From Podarcis tiliguerta (taxonomy: Eukaryota), in NCBI GenBank assembly GCA_965153285.1, contig OZ229121.1: DNA of 64,000 nucleotides; one strand, given 5' to 3'. The notes beneath the pieces were generated by a model, which saw only the letters and a program-made list of their open reading frames with translations, had not been told where the DNA came from and searched no databases. Positions within the stretch are counted from its first letter, which is position 1. Each line of letters opens with the position of its first letter. A program made the position numbers and the translations under genes. Below are positions 51,116 through 64,000 of the stretch, piece after piece.

Positions 51116-51529
51116 TTCAGAGCAAAGCAACTATTATTTTCTATTCAAGGTATTTTCTATTCAAGATTTGCTGTTTTACATTTTACTTTATGGTTCAGAC
51201 CTCCGGAAAGGCAACAACAACAAAAAAGTCTCTCTCTCTCTCTCTTGGGCTCTCAACTATTTATACATCAAAAGAATGAACACGGCATCTTTTATAGGTT
51301 TACCATCAACATTCCAAAATTCAACGTTCTTGCCATATGGAAATCAGAGCAGAAACAAAGAACTATGAAATAATGGAGCAGAACTAAAGGAATCTACTCA
51401 TCCCTGGGTTGATGTACTTCTCTGCCGCATGTATTCCATGCTTGTGGAAAGAGATAGGCTGTATATATGAATGTAGCAAACACACGTTTGACATCTATGC
51501 AATGGCCTCACATTTCTCGCTTTGCCCTG

Positions 51530-51665
51530 AGGCCAGATAGCTCAGTCAGGAGAGCATGAGACTCTTAATCCCAGGGCCATGGGTGAAAGATTCCTGCACT
51601 GCAGGGGGTTGGACTAGATGACCCTTGTGGCCCCTTTCATCTATACAATTTTATGATTCTATGAT
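51530..51665 (+). mobile_element. tRNA(Lys)-like SINE with CR1 tail (POM-SINE/Squam2-like)
   Basis: gccagatagctcagtc.g.agagcatgagactcttaatc head; gggggttggactagatgaccct...atgattctatgat tail. Confidence 0.75.
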
Positions 51666-51850
51666 ATGCTGAGTGTTTGATGAAAAGGACTCGCCCTCAA
51701 TCAAGTTGGCTATATGGTGTTAACTAAGGGTTTTATCTCCTTTACCTCCTATAGAAAAGAAGTTAGTTATGTTAGTGTATGTAGTTAGTGTATGTATCTT
51801 GAAGGCCTTGAAATTTGTAATTCCTCTTCTACTGACTTTACAAAAAACTA

Positions 51851-52216
51851 CAGTGGTGCCTCGCAAGACGAAATTAATTCGTTCAACGAGTCTCTTTGTC
51901 TAGCGGTTTTTTCGTCTTGCGAAGCAACCCTATTAGCGGCTTAGCGGATTAGCGCTATTAGCGGTTTAGCGGCTATTAGCGGCTATTAAAGGCTTAAGGG
52001 ATTAGCGGATTAGCTGGTAAAAGGCTATTAGCAGCTTAGTGCCTTAGAAAAAGGGGGTGTGGAGCGGAAAAAAATGGCAAGAATCGCAAGACATTTTCAT
52101 CTTGCGAAGCAAGCCCATAGAGAAATTCGTCCTGCGAAGCACATTGAAAAACGGAAAACCCTTTCGTCTAGCGGGTTTTCCGTCTTGCGAGGCATTCGTC
52201 TTGCAGGGCACCACTG
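51851..52216. mobile_element. Tigger/pogo-like MITE with internal (TTAGCGG)-type array
   Basis: TA|cagtggtgcctcgcaagacgaa ... ttcgtcttgcagggcaccactg|TA. Confidence 0.88.
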
Positions 52217-53274
52217 TACTATTATCCATGATAATCCAAGGCATTAAATGGAGGAAAACCTACAACCTTCATTGATGGTTTCTTATACAAGTTGCTACGG
52301 TGTTTTGTTTTGTTTTGTTTTGTTTTGTAACATGCTTCTAGCCTTCCTTTAGTTCATTCATGCCCCAAGCAGCAGCTGGAAATGAAAATATAGCTCATAC
52401 TTACTTTTTCCCTTTTTTAGCATCCGTTGGAAGTGAACTAGCTAAAACGTATCCCTGTTACTACAATAACAGTTTGAATTCAAGGTCAGGAAATCAATTC
52501 CTTGCATGTGGAAGTTGTAAATACTGAAATGAAAATTCAAAGCACCTTCTTTTTGGGTGGAGGGCACCAGTTTGGGGGAAGGCTGCCCTACATGACAGAA
52601 TGACTCTCCCCACTTGCAAAAACTAAGGTATCTGAATGAGATGTTTGATGTGACAAAGTGTCATGATTTCCCCTAGGGTGGCAAGAGGACACTTTTGAAT
52701 CATTACTTCCATGGAAAATCATCACTGCTGGTTGCAGTGAAATACATTAATAGCCTTTTTTTGCTGCCTGGGGATAATAGCACTATTAATGCATGTCAGC
52801 CCCCCAGCCTCCTCCATGATGAAGGCTTCCTTTATTGATAGCCATTTGTATGTAAGCAATTTTTTTAATAATAAAAAACACTACTGGAAAGGCTGCCTAT
52901 TGCATGGTAGCAGCAGATTAAAGATGGCCTTAATGAATAAGTAATAAACAACTTTAATTAAAAAAAATGGGGGGTCACTTCAAAATCCTCCCACAGCCTG
53001 CGATAAAGCAGTGATCAGTAAGTAATCTGCTTTCTGCAATAGCAGCTCTAATACACTAAGGACTCAGTTCAGCAGTAATACTGTATCATCTCTACTCTGA
53101 TGTATAATTTCAATGGTGGGGGTGGAACTGAGATATTGTATTAGTGAGAACGAGTGCTCACGATCCCTTTTTTAAATTACATGTCCTGAGCCTACCTGGA
53201 TGGTTGGGGGGGGGGGGTGATATAGACTAGCAAACTATAGTCCTAATTCTGGAAAGTGTCTTAAACCAATAATT

Positions 53275-53407
53275 CTAGTTATAGGTAGGTAGCTGTGTTG
53301 GTCTGCCGTAGTCGAAACAAAATAAAAAATATTCCTTCCAGTAGCACCTTAGAGACCAACTAAGTTTGTTATTGGTATGAGCTTTCGTGTGCATTTCAGA
53401 TACACAT
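53275..53407. mobile_element. Short Penelope-like insertion
   Basis: 'ggtagctgtgttggtctg...gtagcaccttagagaccaactaagtttgttattggtatgagctttcgtgtg'; 14-bp TSD ttaaaccaataatt at 53261-53274 and 53408-53421. Confidence 0.8.
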
Positions 53408-55137
53408 TTAAACCAATAATTTTCACTGAATTTCATGGCTTATGCCAATTTTCAAAAACCTATGAACTTTTAATGTTAAGGAACTACATCTCCCATCATC
53501 CTTGGCAACTGGGTACGCTAGCTAGACTGAGCTGAAGTGCTATAGTTTCCCTGGCTCTGGTTGAAGGTAAGTTAAGGTCTCTGGTCTAAACAGTCCATTC
53601 AGCATTCCATTTCTTTTTTCCTCTCTTGGACAGTGACACTGCAGAAGGGTTGCTCACCGAGTTCCAAGGGGGTGGCAGTTGCGGCCTGGCCCAGCTTTTC
53701 TCCTTGGGGGATGGAGGAAACCATTTCTCCTTGCAGTTGGCCATTGGAATCGCCTTGGCCAGCCACAGGGGCTTGCCTTTAAACTGGCCAATTAAGGCTG
53801 TTGAAGTAGTCCTGGCAAGAGCGGTGGACCAGAGTGCAAAAGTATTCACTTGGCCCCACCCTCCTGCCCACCCTATAATCCGTTCTCTTTGTTCCGTGGC
53901 TCTTAGACTTTGATGTAGTTCAAAATGTTCACAGTATTTTAGGCCAGGAAAGAATTTGCCTCCAAACAAATTGGACCCGTTTTGAGGGTTTTGCCTTCCT
54001 CATAACAATCATCACAACCTTCGATGGATAAGGCGTTGTGTGGAATCCTTAGTCTAGTTTCGTGTGTGGTGGGTGACTTGGTGCATCACTCCAACCCCAT
54101 GCAGGCACAATATCACAGTAAAGGCGTCTGGATAGAAGTTCTGTCCTGAAGTCAAGTGGAGGGCAGATGGACCATAGAACTTCCATTCGTAGCCTGGAGG
54201 GGTCCAGCTTCATTGACCTGCATCTTGAGATGGTCCTTAACCCAACCACAACCCTGATAAAAAATTACTGCTTTTAGGACAAGGGCTAATTCAGGATATA
54301 CACCCAATGCCTGAGACAAAGCCTACTTCCATCTCTTATCAATAAAGTTGTGGCCAATTTTTAATCCCATGAAGTTTCTGTTTCAATCTGTTTTCCTATC
54401 AATACACTAATCATCTGTCCGGGGTGTGTGTGTGCACTCTGTGCCTGGGTTCTCCATGAGATTTGGTACTTATATGTAGGACACAGTTCTGTGCTTCAAG
54501 TCTGAATACCACACACATTTAAAAAGGGGGGGGCAGGTTCAGCACACAATTTAATACAACATGTGCTTGGAACACTGATGGAATGAAAATTTCTGATGCA
54601 CATTCAAGGGACCACTTTAAGCACAAAGCCCAGATTGATATTCCGTGCCACACACACACACCAGTTTTCAAAGAGGGGAGTTGTAAAACATATTATGATA
54701 TATTATGTTGAGTTATGTTTTTATTGTGACATTTTCCTATTGGATCAGATTGTTATTAGCTGTATTATTCTTGCCTGTTTATTTTGTTGCTTCTTCAGGT
54801 TGTAAACTGCCTTGTGTATAGTAATATAGAAAGGTGGTATACAAATTGAAAGTGAAATGAAATATCTGAGGTGGCTGGCTGTAGACTAATTATTTATTTT
54901 GTATATAATGTGGGCAGTGACCAGGGAGCTTTTACAGAGTAAGTTTAGAACAAAGCAGAACTCTGCCCTGATATTTTTTTTATGTGAATGTTGACAGCAG
55001 AGAGGGATAAGGGAGCAAATAAATGAAACTGCCAGGGGATGAATATACACACATTTCTTACATTTATATACTGACTTTCTTCTGTCATGGAACTCAAGGC
55101 TGCATAAGTAGGGCTTCTAGGAAGTATTCCATCTAGG

Positions 55138-55142
55138 TAATA

Positions 55143-55179
<37 letters not shown>
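55138..55179. repeat. (AAT)n microsatellite
   Basis: Directly visible. Confidence 0.95.
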
Positions 55180-56249
55180 GTCTGGGTTGCCAGACATGGC
55201 TCTCCAGCACTGAAGTGTTGGTGTAGTCCTCTGTAAAGGGAGCAAAACTATTTTTCTCTTTTGGTGAACCCGGTATACATAGACAGACAATCTCAAAAGG
55301 ACTATTGTGGTTTGTTGCTTTGCTTCAGCCCATTGTGGTCCACGACCTCCATTCAGCTGGTCTGTGGAAAGGCTGTTGAGCAATCAATAGTTATTGTACC
55401 TTGATTTCCTCCCTCCCCTCCTGACAGCAGATATTGAGGCCATTCTGGCCAGGACCTGAATAGCCAAGCAAGTTAACAAGGCTCTGGTGGCAGTGATTTT
55501 GACAATGATGCTGGCATGGAAGGGGAAACATGTTATGAAAGTGTGAGTTATATGCTTCACTCTGTAGAACAAAAAAAAAAAAGTTTATTGAGGAGCCCAT
55601 CAAGACACCCACCAATTTCCAGGTGGCCTGCAATGGTGGGAAATTTGAGAAGTGCTGCAATACAGCATCCACTACACCACATTGTCCCTTAGTTTATTGA
55701 TGTTCGCATTCTTTATTTGTTGACAAAACTTTTGCCCTGCATAACCCGCAACTGTTTTTGTTGTACTTCCATACAGTCCCACCACAATCAAAGTCACTCT
55801 CTCTCTCTCCAACTGCTTTGTTAATTCATAGCTAAAATGGGATAATTAAAAGGAACAGGAATTTGTGAAGAGTAATCATTTGCATTTATACAGCATCTTT
55901 CATCCAAAAAATAATAATTCCATGTATTCTCCAAAGTACCAATTCATTAAATTTCTCACACAACAAATGGATAAACAAAGAACATTTTAAAAAGTTAATT
56001 CCCATAATGAGAATTTTTGGTATTGTTTTTGTCTTATGTATGTATGTGGCTGACGTGGTTCATCTCAGAAACAAACAGAAGCTGGATGCTTACCAACTGC
56101 CTTGCACACTGAAGCTCCCTGCTTCAGTTTGATTGGCTTGCTTAGGGTGGTGCTTCAGGGAGGCAGCAGCAGGTGACCACACAAATTCATGGGGAAATCT
56201 GATGAGTGGCAAATAAAAATTTGGGTAGGGAACAGTGCCCATGAACATA

Positions 56250-56776
56250 TTGCTCCTCCAGGCTTCCTTTTGCAACATGCTTTCCAGGTCCAAGCAGTTT
56301 CGTCTTTGTCCCACTGCTTCCCCCAGGAAAACCCACTGTTTACCATTGAATTGGAACAAATGGTACAGTGGTACCTTGGGTTACAGATGCTTCAGGTTAC
56401 AGACGCTTCAGGTTACAGACGCTTCAGGTTACAGACTCGGCTAACCCAGAAATATTACCTCGGGTTAAGAACTTTGCTTCAGGATGAGAACAGAAATCGC
56501 GCGGCGACAGCGCTGCAGGCCCCATTAGCTAAAGTGGTACCTCAGGTTAAGAACAATTTCAGGTTAAGAATGGACCTCCAGAACGAATTAAGTTATTAAC
56601 CCAAGGTACCACTGTAATCCACAGAAACCCCAGCTGCTGTTTGTTTCAATTCAGTGGTATAACCGGTGGGTTTTATTAGGGAAAGCGACAGGATGAAAAA
56701 TACCTACACAGACAGACGTGGAAAGTGCAGGCCTTTGCCTGGAAAGCGTGGCACGAAAGAAAGTCTGGGTGAGCCC
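56250..56776. mobile_element. Old fold-back (palindromic) MITE, PIF/Harbinger-like, interrupted by a Tigger-like MITE
   Basis: Left gctcctccaggcttccttttgcaacatgctttccagg pairs with right cctggaaagcgtggcacgaaagaaagtctgggtgagccc, followed by TTA. Confidence 0.6.
56366..56614. mobile_element. Tigger/pogo-like MITE
   Basis: TA|cagtggtaccttgggtta ... taacccaaggtaccactg|TA. Confidence 0.9.
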
Positions 56777-57894
56777 TTAATCTGTATTGCTTCTAAATCC
56801 ATACATGTAATAGTACTGTATTCCATATTAATGGGATAAAGCCAATGCTCTGCAACGCAGCAAGTTTTCCAAACAGCAGCAAAATTTGTTCAGAAAAAGC
56901 TAAGATAAGAACCGTTGCAAATGCCAAATCTGCCCAGGACAAAATACAAATTACAAGTCAATACGGAGCATGCGCTGAAACATTTGTGTTTCCAGATAGT
57001 TAATGATTTTAGCCCTTGGGTCTAATGCAAGCAGACGCTTCCCTGCATAGGTCAGAGTTCAGGAAACCTATTAAATCAATAGCAAAACTCTTCCGAGAGA
57101 AGGCTAAAGCAACTGCCACTGCAGGCTCTAGCAAAACTTTTCCAACTACACGTTCAGCTGCTTGAACAGATCAGCCCAACGTTGTTTACACAGAGACCAT
57201 CAAATGGGTTTGAAATCAGACTGAACATCCTTTGCACAAATATTTGCTTGACAAGTGCCTTGTTTATTTCAAGCAAATTCCAACTCAGTTTTCTGCCCTT
57301 GCCTGATAAGATTTTCCTGCTGAGATGCTCTGCCTCTGTCTTCAATATCAGCATCTAGTACAAATACATTTAACACACCATGTAGTTATTAATCCAAAGC
57401 ATCATTAACCAATACAGTATTAACCTATAGTTTGAACTAATCTTGATCAACTATTCAAAGTTAACCTAATGGGTAGGGGAATTGACTATTCAATCACTTC
57501 ACCTTTACCATTGCCAGCTAACCTCGCTCTAACCTAGTAGTCTTCAAACTTTTCAGGCCTAAGACCAACCTTCAGCCAAAGCAACCATTTGGTGACCTGG
57601 TTCAAAACCATTTTATTTATTTTTAGAACATTTATTCGCTGCCCAGTCAACAAAGTCTGGTTCACACAGAGTTAAAGACAACACACAATCAAAACTTGTT
57701 CAATGAATTACTTCAATTTAATGATGAAAAACCAGCATAAGAAGCAAAACAGCATTTAAAATCCAGCAGAAATAATCTGTTGCAAGACCATATAGCATAG
57801 CTTTAAAAGGCCTGGGAACCCCAGGCTGTTATGACCCACCTTAGGCTGGGTTGCAGTGCAATAGGTGCCAGCCCACCAGTTGGACAATGCTTTA

Positions 57895-58025
57895 ACCAAG
57901 AGATGTACCCTCTAGATGTTGTTGGACTACAACTCCCATCATCCCTGAGCATGTACTATACTGGCTGAGGATGATGGAAGCTGTAGTCCAACAGAATCTG
58001 AAGACCCATGGATTCCCACCCCTGC
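57895..58025. mobile_element. Old URR1-like hAT MITE
   Basis: agatgttgttggactacaactcccatcatcc / ggatgatggaagctgtagtccaacagaatct. Confidence 0.7.
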
Positions 58026-58589
58026 TCTAACTACCCCCTTAATCCTCGCAGATCTTCCACTTCCGACTCATTCAGCCTCTTTGCCCAGTATCTTTTGCAG
58101 ACTGTAAATTCCCTAGGCAGGATCTGTGTTGCTTCTTGCGCTCCCCTCAGTGCCTGCTGGCACTGAATGCCTGTTAAATAACTGTAGCAGTCAGTTTGTG
58201 AATTAAGACAATTTCCTACAAGCCAATTCACACACGCGTTTCTGTGCATTACTGGATGCACAAAACGCCTCCATTTCATAGTATTGTGTCAGAGGCCAAA
58301 GGTGCATTGGAGACATTCAGTCTGCAGAAGCTGTTTTATACAGACAATTTCATGTCTCAGTCAATTAAAAGGAAAACTGATTTGAAATAAACACATAGGA
58401 ATTCCAGGCAGAATTTCATGACTGGACACAATAGTGGAGAAGGAGAATAGTCTGATGAAGGTTGTCAATGAAAGCACTACCACAAAAAAATCCAATAAGA
58501 AAAATGGGAGGCGTTTTTAAGAAAACTGAATGTCGCTGCACAAAAAGCTTTGTAATGAGCTGTTTGGGTTGGGGGTTTTTTAAAAAGAC

Positions 58590-59835
58590 ATGTACAACAA
58601 ATGTAAGGAAGGGACAGGCAGCCAATGACAAATACAGACAAAGAGCCTTGGTTTGTAGGGACAAGGTCAGGAGAACTAAAGCTCAGGATGCCAAAGGATA
58701 CCAAGAATGACAATAAGGGATTTTCCAGGTGTGCTGAAAGCAGGAGGAAGACTAAGGATAATGGTAGACCTGCTGCTCAGTAAGGATGGTGAAATGTTAA
58801 TGGAACTGCTCAACTCCTGCTTTGCTTCCTCTTCTCCCAAAGAAGGAAACTTCAACCTCTCATAAGCAGCATGGCTGCCAAGAGGTCAGGACTGCAGTTA
58901 AAAAGTTGGTCAGGAAATGCCTAGCTGAGTGAGCTCAGGGCCAGACGAACTGCACCTTAGGGATACGAAGGAACACTGTCTGCCTGTACAAATCCAGGAA
59001 AATGGAATAGACGCCGAAGAACTAGAGACATATCCTGCTCACCGCTCTCCCCCCCCCCCCCGCCCCCGAGACGGAGGCAAGGAGTAAACTACAGCAGGTT
59101 ACATAAGATTGATGTGTATAATAATGAGTTATCAAGATAATTAGTACAAACCACTGTGGATTTTCAAGGATAACTACTGCCAGATTGATCTCCTCTCTCA
59201 GTTTAGTGGACTGTGGGAATGCTATGGACATAGTTTAAGATTGCTTTCAGCAAAGCATTTGGCAAAACCCCCCACAATATTTTGGTTAGCAAACTGGTTA
59301 AATGCAAGGTAGATGATGGCAGTGCCAGCTGGGTTCGCAGGTGGCTGGAAAATAGTACTCAGCATCTTCCATTAATCAAACTGGACAGAGGTTTTGAGCA
59401 GGGTTCACAATCATTTTTATCAATGACTCATGGAGTAGAGGGAATCCTTATTAAATCTGCAGATGACACAAATTGGGAGGGATAGCCAACACCTCGGAGG
59501 ACTGGAAGAAAATCCAAATAACCTTGATAGAACAGAAAACAGGGATGAAACTAACAGAGTTACATTCAGCAGACACAGTTACAAAGTTCTGCATTTATTG
59601 TTATGAAACTTGTTAATCATTTGTTATGCAAAGGTCTCCAAACATGTTACAATACATTTAAAAAAAACGTAAAACACAAATACATTTTACTGTTAACAGA
59701 ATCCATACATTTAGGCAAAGTATGCACAGCTACACACTGAGGATACGAGGCTGGGCAGGGGTATACATGAAAAGGATCTCAGGGCTGTGGTCTAACACAT
59801 GTTAAACATGAGTCTTAAGACCCTTCCATGATTTC
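58590..59835 (+). mobile_element. Heavily decayed CR1 LINE ORF2 remnant
   Basis: Remnants: CRDKVRRTKAQ, 'aataagggattttccagg', 'ttcagcaaagcatttggcaaa' (FSKAFD), 'aaatctgcagatgacacaaattgggaggg' (KFADDTKLG), 'gaaaaggatct' (EKDL), 3' 'gacccttccatgatt'. Confidence 0.75.
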
Positions 59836-59854
59836 TAGGCCCAGGTCTGAGAGG

Positions 59855-60063
59855 TTTTAGTTCTGTCCTGCAGTTTTCCCAGGTAAACTCCACTGTTTCG
59901 TACTGAATCGGAACAAAATGTCAATGGACTTTTCTGTGGATTGACTTCCGGTCCAATTCTGCAGTAAACAGTGGGTTTTCCTCCAGAAAGCGGCAGGTCA
60001 AAACGAAAACCTTTCAGACCCATAACTAGGAATTGTGGGACAAATGGCAGTGCAGGTGAGCCC
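59855..60063. mobile_element. Fold-back MITE, same family as 56250-56776
   Basis: Shared 'cccagg.aaac.ccactgttt...tgaatcggaacaaa' arm, inverted arm 'aaacagtgggttttcc', end 'ggtgagccc'. Confidence 0.6.
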
Positions 60064-61569
60064 TCAGTTGTGATGTGGCCTAGAAGAAAAGCAGCAAGCT
60101 GGAGAGCTAGTCAGAACAGTGCTTGAGGGCAGTGTTTGGTTTTTTTTTTGAATCCAAGGCTGTTGCTATAGGAAGAAGCAAGACCATTTTGGAATGTTGA
60201 TGCTCTGAACCCTTCCATCGCAGGTTCAGGTTGTGTATGTGTGTAAATAAACCATAGATCGCAAAGGCACCACAGTCTCCTCTGTGCCTCATTTAGAAAA
60301 GGAATCATGGACCCTGGGTAAATGCCTGGGACCCCTGTAATCTTGCACCATTTGGGGAATGGGGTGGAGTGCAAAAACCAAGCCAAAATATGCAACATCC
60401 TCCCAAATTTAGTGTGTGATGTTCACGATTCACTCTGGTTGTTGACACCATTAACACCATTCTCTTTTCATACAAATGCTTACAATATTTAAAACGAGTA
60501 ACCCAAGAACTGTTTTTAGGGTCCTCTTCTGATTCAGGTTCAACAGAGGGTTCTAAACAATAGTTCAGCTTTTGGGGGGGGGGGAGAATTAAAGCTTTGG
60601 GTTTTGGTTCAGATTTCGGTTCCTATTTAAATAGGAATTGATGAATGTCCAGAGCATCATTTATATAAATCATTTATATAAATGTCATCAGCATGAATCA
60701 CTTTTGCTTCCAGATAAGTGTCTTACAATGTCCACTGAAACTAATTTGATATACTTCACACCATCTCTGCTTCCCGCCTACAAGGACATGCTGGCTCAGT
60801 CTAATTACTCTCCCTGAAAAGTGTTTAACCAGGCTGTCTCATTAATATTAGTACAGTCTCCTTAACATTAGTACTATTAAATTCTTTTTTAAAAGAGAGA
60901 GAGAGAAAGGCCACAGTGTATTAGAACTATGGTGAATAAGATCCCTGCAAAGTGGGGCTTATAGACAAAAAATGAAGCAAGATACTAAAGTTTAGTGAAA
61001 ATCATGATAACAGTGGGGGAAGGTAAACAAGTAATAGCAGAGGGAAGTTGCATTTATCCAAGGCAGATGGGGCAAAAACCAACGCTTTGAAGAGGATAAA
61101 TGCAAACTTAAACAATCCATCAGAATATTTAACACCACAAATTTAGCAGTGGATGCTATTTAGAAAGCTCTAAATACAGAAGGGCAGATTAGCATTATTG
61201 TGTCTATAGTGCATTTTCTTCTTAAGTTACAGTTTCAGCTAACTAGAAATTCATGCAGTCTGATCCTATGAGCGACTGCCCAGCAATGCTCTCACAGTTA
61301 AGGTGCAAGATGTCCTGAATTCTTCTGAGGATGCAGAGGCGGCCATCAGTGATTCCCTCCTGTAATACAGCAACTGGGTTGTACAAGGACAACTACGTGG
61401 CACCAGCAAGGGTTAGTCAGTCCACAATTCACCTCTACATAGTTCCATCCTTATTTCGGACATCATGATATATCAATATATTGCAACGTTTAGTGGGTGA
61501 TATGTTGCAATGCTGAAAACCAGATATCGTCCAGCCCTAGTGCGTGCACATGGCTGAAAGAAGAAACAA

Positions 61570-61875
61570 GGGCTCATCCACACTTTCATTTGTCATGTGA
61601 TCTCTTCTGCTTGTCATGTGATTTCCTGCCACAGGCCCAATAGGTGTTTTGTATTGTATTGTATTGTATTGTATTGTATTGTATTGTATTGTTTTGCTTG
61701 CCCCTCTGCTTTCCCAAGGAAAACCCACTGTTTACTGCTGAATTGGAATGAACATCAATCTGCCAAAAAAAAGCCCCAATCAATGCTTGTTCCAATACAA
61801 CAGTAACCGTTGGTTATTCCTGGGGGAAGTGGGACTACAGAAGAAAATCATGGGACAAATGGCAGTGTGGATGGC
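61570..61875. mobile_element. Fold-back MITE, same family, with internal (TATTG)n at 61651-61690
   Basis: Termini gggctcatccacact / agtgtggatgg; arm 'ggaaaacccactgtttactgctgaattggaa'. Confidence 0.6.
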
Positions 61876-62469
61876 ATATCCTGGCCACTTGGAAGGGACT
61901 CTTACTCACTAAAATGTGGGTGGCTGTTTATAGTCTTGCACTGAATTTTTTTTCCTAGTATATTTTGCAAACTTTCCAACATCTAGTCTTTGGTGTTTTC
62001 ATTTTATTTTATTTTTTCCGAATTGTGAAGAATTATTTTTGCCAAACTTCCTGCAAAATGTTATTTTAACAGCATGAGTATATACAGTTCATTAAAAGAA
62101 ACAGTTCTTCCATCCAAATACTTATTCTACCTACCAAATCCTCACAAAAATAATTTCCAGCCCCCAGAGCATATTATAAGAAGGCATTAGCAAAAGCATT
62201 TTTCACGCTCTCGTAATTAGGTTTTCATTGCTGGAGGAGGAGGAGGGGAAAGCAGTACAAACCCACTCACGGGATGTTGTGGTTGTTTTATCTCTTATAG
62301 GAAAGCCTAGTCAACAAGCATGTAGTAAAGAAATAATGATGAAGTGCCATTTCAAAAAAATCCCCTTCCATTTTCATGTGGGCATCAACCCTTCACCCAA
62401 TTTCACCTAGATTTGAAGGGTGTTCCACATATTGTTCTTAGGTGCAGACCAAGAATGAAATCTTAAGGG

Positions 62470-62690
62470 ATGACCACCGGGAGGAGCATAAAGAGGAGAA
62501 ACTCCCTGGTGCATCTCCAGCAGCACAACCAGACGCCTTCATTTGCCCCAGCTGCAACAACAACAACAAAATGTCTCTCCCATATCAGTCTCTACAGCCA
62601 CAGCAGGTGCTGCAACCAACCAACAGTTTGACTTCACCCCCAAAAGTCACACTCCTCCATTGTCTTCTGAAACACAAGGATGACAATACT
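62470..62690 (+). mobile_element. RTE-clade LINE 3' end (same family as 33270-33700)
   Basis: QPDAFICPSCN zinc finger; reverse-complement similarity to 33270-33430. Confidence 0.75.
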
Positions 62691-62956
62691 CCAAAAAATA
62701 TAAATCATGAATACAGAAAACCGGCATTGTGAGAGGGGCAATAGCCAAGCATACTCTATAGCAAAACTGGGTTTGATGATGTGTTCTTTGTAAACAACCC
62801 AAGGGGGATGTTCTGCATATTCTGGGGGCTACATACAGGTGGTGGGCGGGGCCAAAGGCAAAAATGGATGTGTCTCTTACCTTTGCACAGATATTTCTAC
62901 ACACACACATACACACACACATACACATCTCCACATCCAAGTTAGCAAGAGGAATT

Positions 62957-63080
62957 ATCAATCAATCAATCAATCATTTTATTTGTATGCCACCTTTCCG
63001 AAGTTAAAACCATGCTCAAGGCGGCTTACAACATATAAAAAATTACATCATTACAAACATAACAAATGTAAACAACAACA
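62957..63080 (-). mobile_element. L2-like 3' end with (ATTG)n tail
   Basis: Matches 18608-18730; 'ccatgctcaaggcggcttacaac' stem-loop tail. Confidence 0.55.
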
Positions 63081-63810
63081 CTCAAGTAGGGTTCAGAGCA
63101 AGACCAGTGTGGGAAGGAGAGTTTGGCTTAAGGACCATTCCATGAGTTAGATAAAGATCCCTGGATGGCCACATTCAGTCCCTGAGCCTTACGTTCCTCA
63201 CCACAGTGCAATGCAACGGCCCTTCATTTTCCTCACCGATGCATTACCCAACTGAATATTGGAATCATGTCAAGGGGGGGGGTGTCCTCATTTCCACAGC
63301 CTGTGCAAACATTATGTACAACTCAAAATGCCACAAATACCACAGTGGACAGGCCTCTTGTGCAGTTTTCGGATGTTATCGCCCACGTGTTCTTTTGCAT
63401 AGCTGAAACAATTAGCGTAATTGCAAGGAACTGTTCTCATACGAGCTATTTGGGTGGAAAGAAAGCGGCCAATATGCTAAGCTCAAACCTACCTAATGTA
63501 ACTCTACGGAACAGCCAAGCACGATGCAGAGTGCAAAAGGAGCAAAGGGGAAGCAATAAGAGATGTTACAAAAAGCCAGTGTACAACTAGCAAATGTACA
63601 ACCAGCAGAGTCACAGTGTACAAGTATTTCCAAGAAGTCTTAACTAGTGAGATATGTTGGGGGGGGGTGTCATATGAGAAATGCACCTCTCAGTCATCAA
63701 ATAATCCCAAAAATATTTTGCAATGATTGTATTCAGTTTATATCCAACATACGATGATTGTATCTAATGTTTTCTAATGGTGTAAGAAATGCATACTGTC
63801 ATGTCTGACT

Positions 63811-63947
63811 CAGTGCTATTTTTCTAGAAAAAGAGGTGCCGGAACTCACCACAAACACCTCTCTTGTTCTCTTATAATGGCAATGGCACCCACAATGAGA
63901 GGTGCTGGAAGTGAGATCCTGTGAGTTCCGGTTGAAACAAAGCCCTG
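63811..63947. mobile_element. Short hAT-like MITE
   Basis: Termini cagtgctattttt / aaacaaagccctg; internal ccggaactcac / gtgagttccgg. Confidence 0.65.
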
Positions 63948-64000
63948 GCTTACTATATGACTTGTCTTAATTCTGGAATTTGTGGAGTCCTATTAAAGGC

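Noticed and set aside
51530-51590. tRNA-Lys-like sequence
   Set aside because: Truncated SINE head fused to a CR1-type tail; no complete cloverleaf
493-63686. Remaining 60-137 aa ORFs in the track
   Set aside because: Lengths and composition as expected by chance or from repeats and microsatellites; no recognisable protein family apart from the LINE fragments listed

Overview
Vertebrate genomic DNA, almost certainly from a squamate reptile and probably a lacertid lizard, judging by the Sauria SINEs, Bov-B, CR1 with (ATTCTATG)n tail, and URR1-like and OC1-like hAT MITEs. No host protein-coding exon can be identified with confidence. The window reads as a large intron or gene desert: repeat-poor, CNE-like tracts interspersed with retroelement fragments (Bov-B, other RTE, CR1, L1, L2, Rex1/Babar, Penelope, several SINEs) and non-autonomous DNA transposons. 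The standout structure is a pair of related Tc2/pogo-like non-autonomous elements (13044-15395 and 20006-21683) in opposite orientation, with TA target duplications and ~27-bp TIRs. They share both ends, but each carries a different very GC/CpG-rich tandem array built almost entirely of hairpins: 16 x ~119 bp with a 7-unit higher-order repeat, and 14+ x 99 bp. The long ORFs over these arrays are artefacts. Family names come from recognition of motifs, not from a database search.
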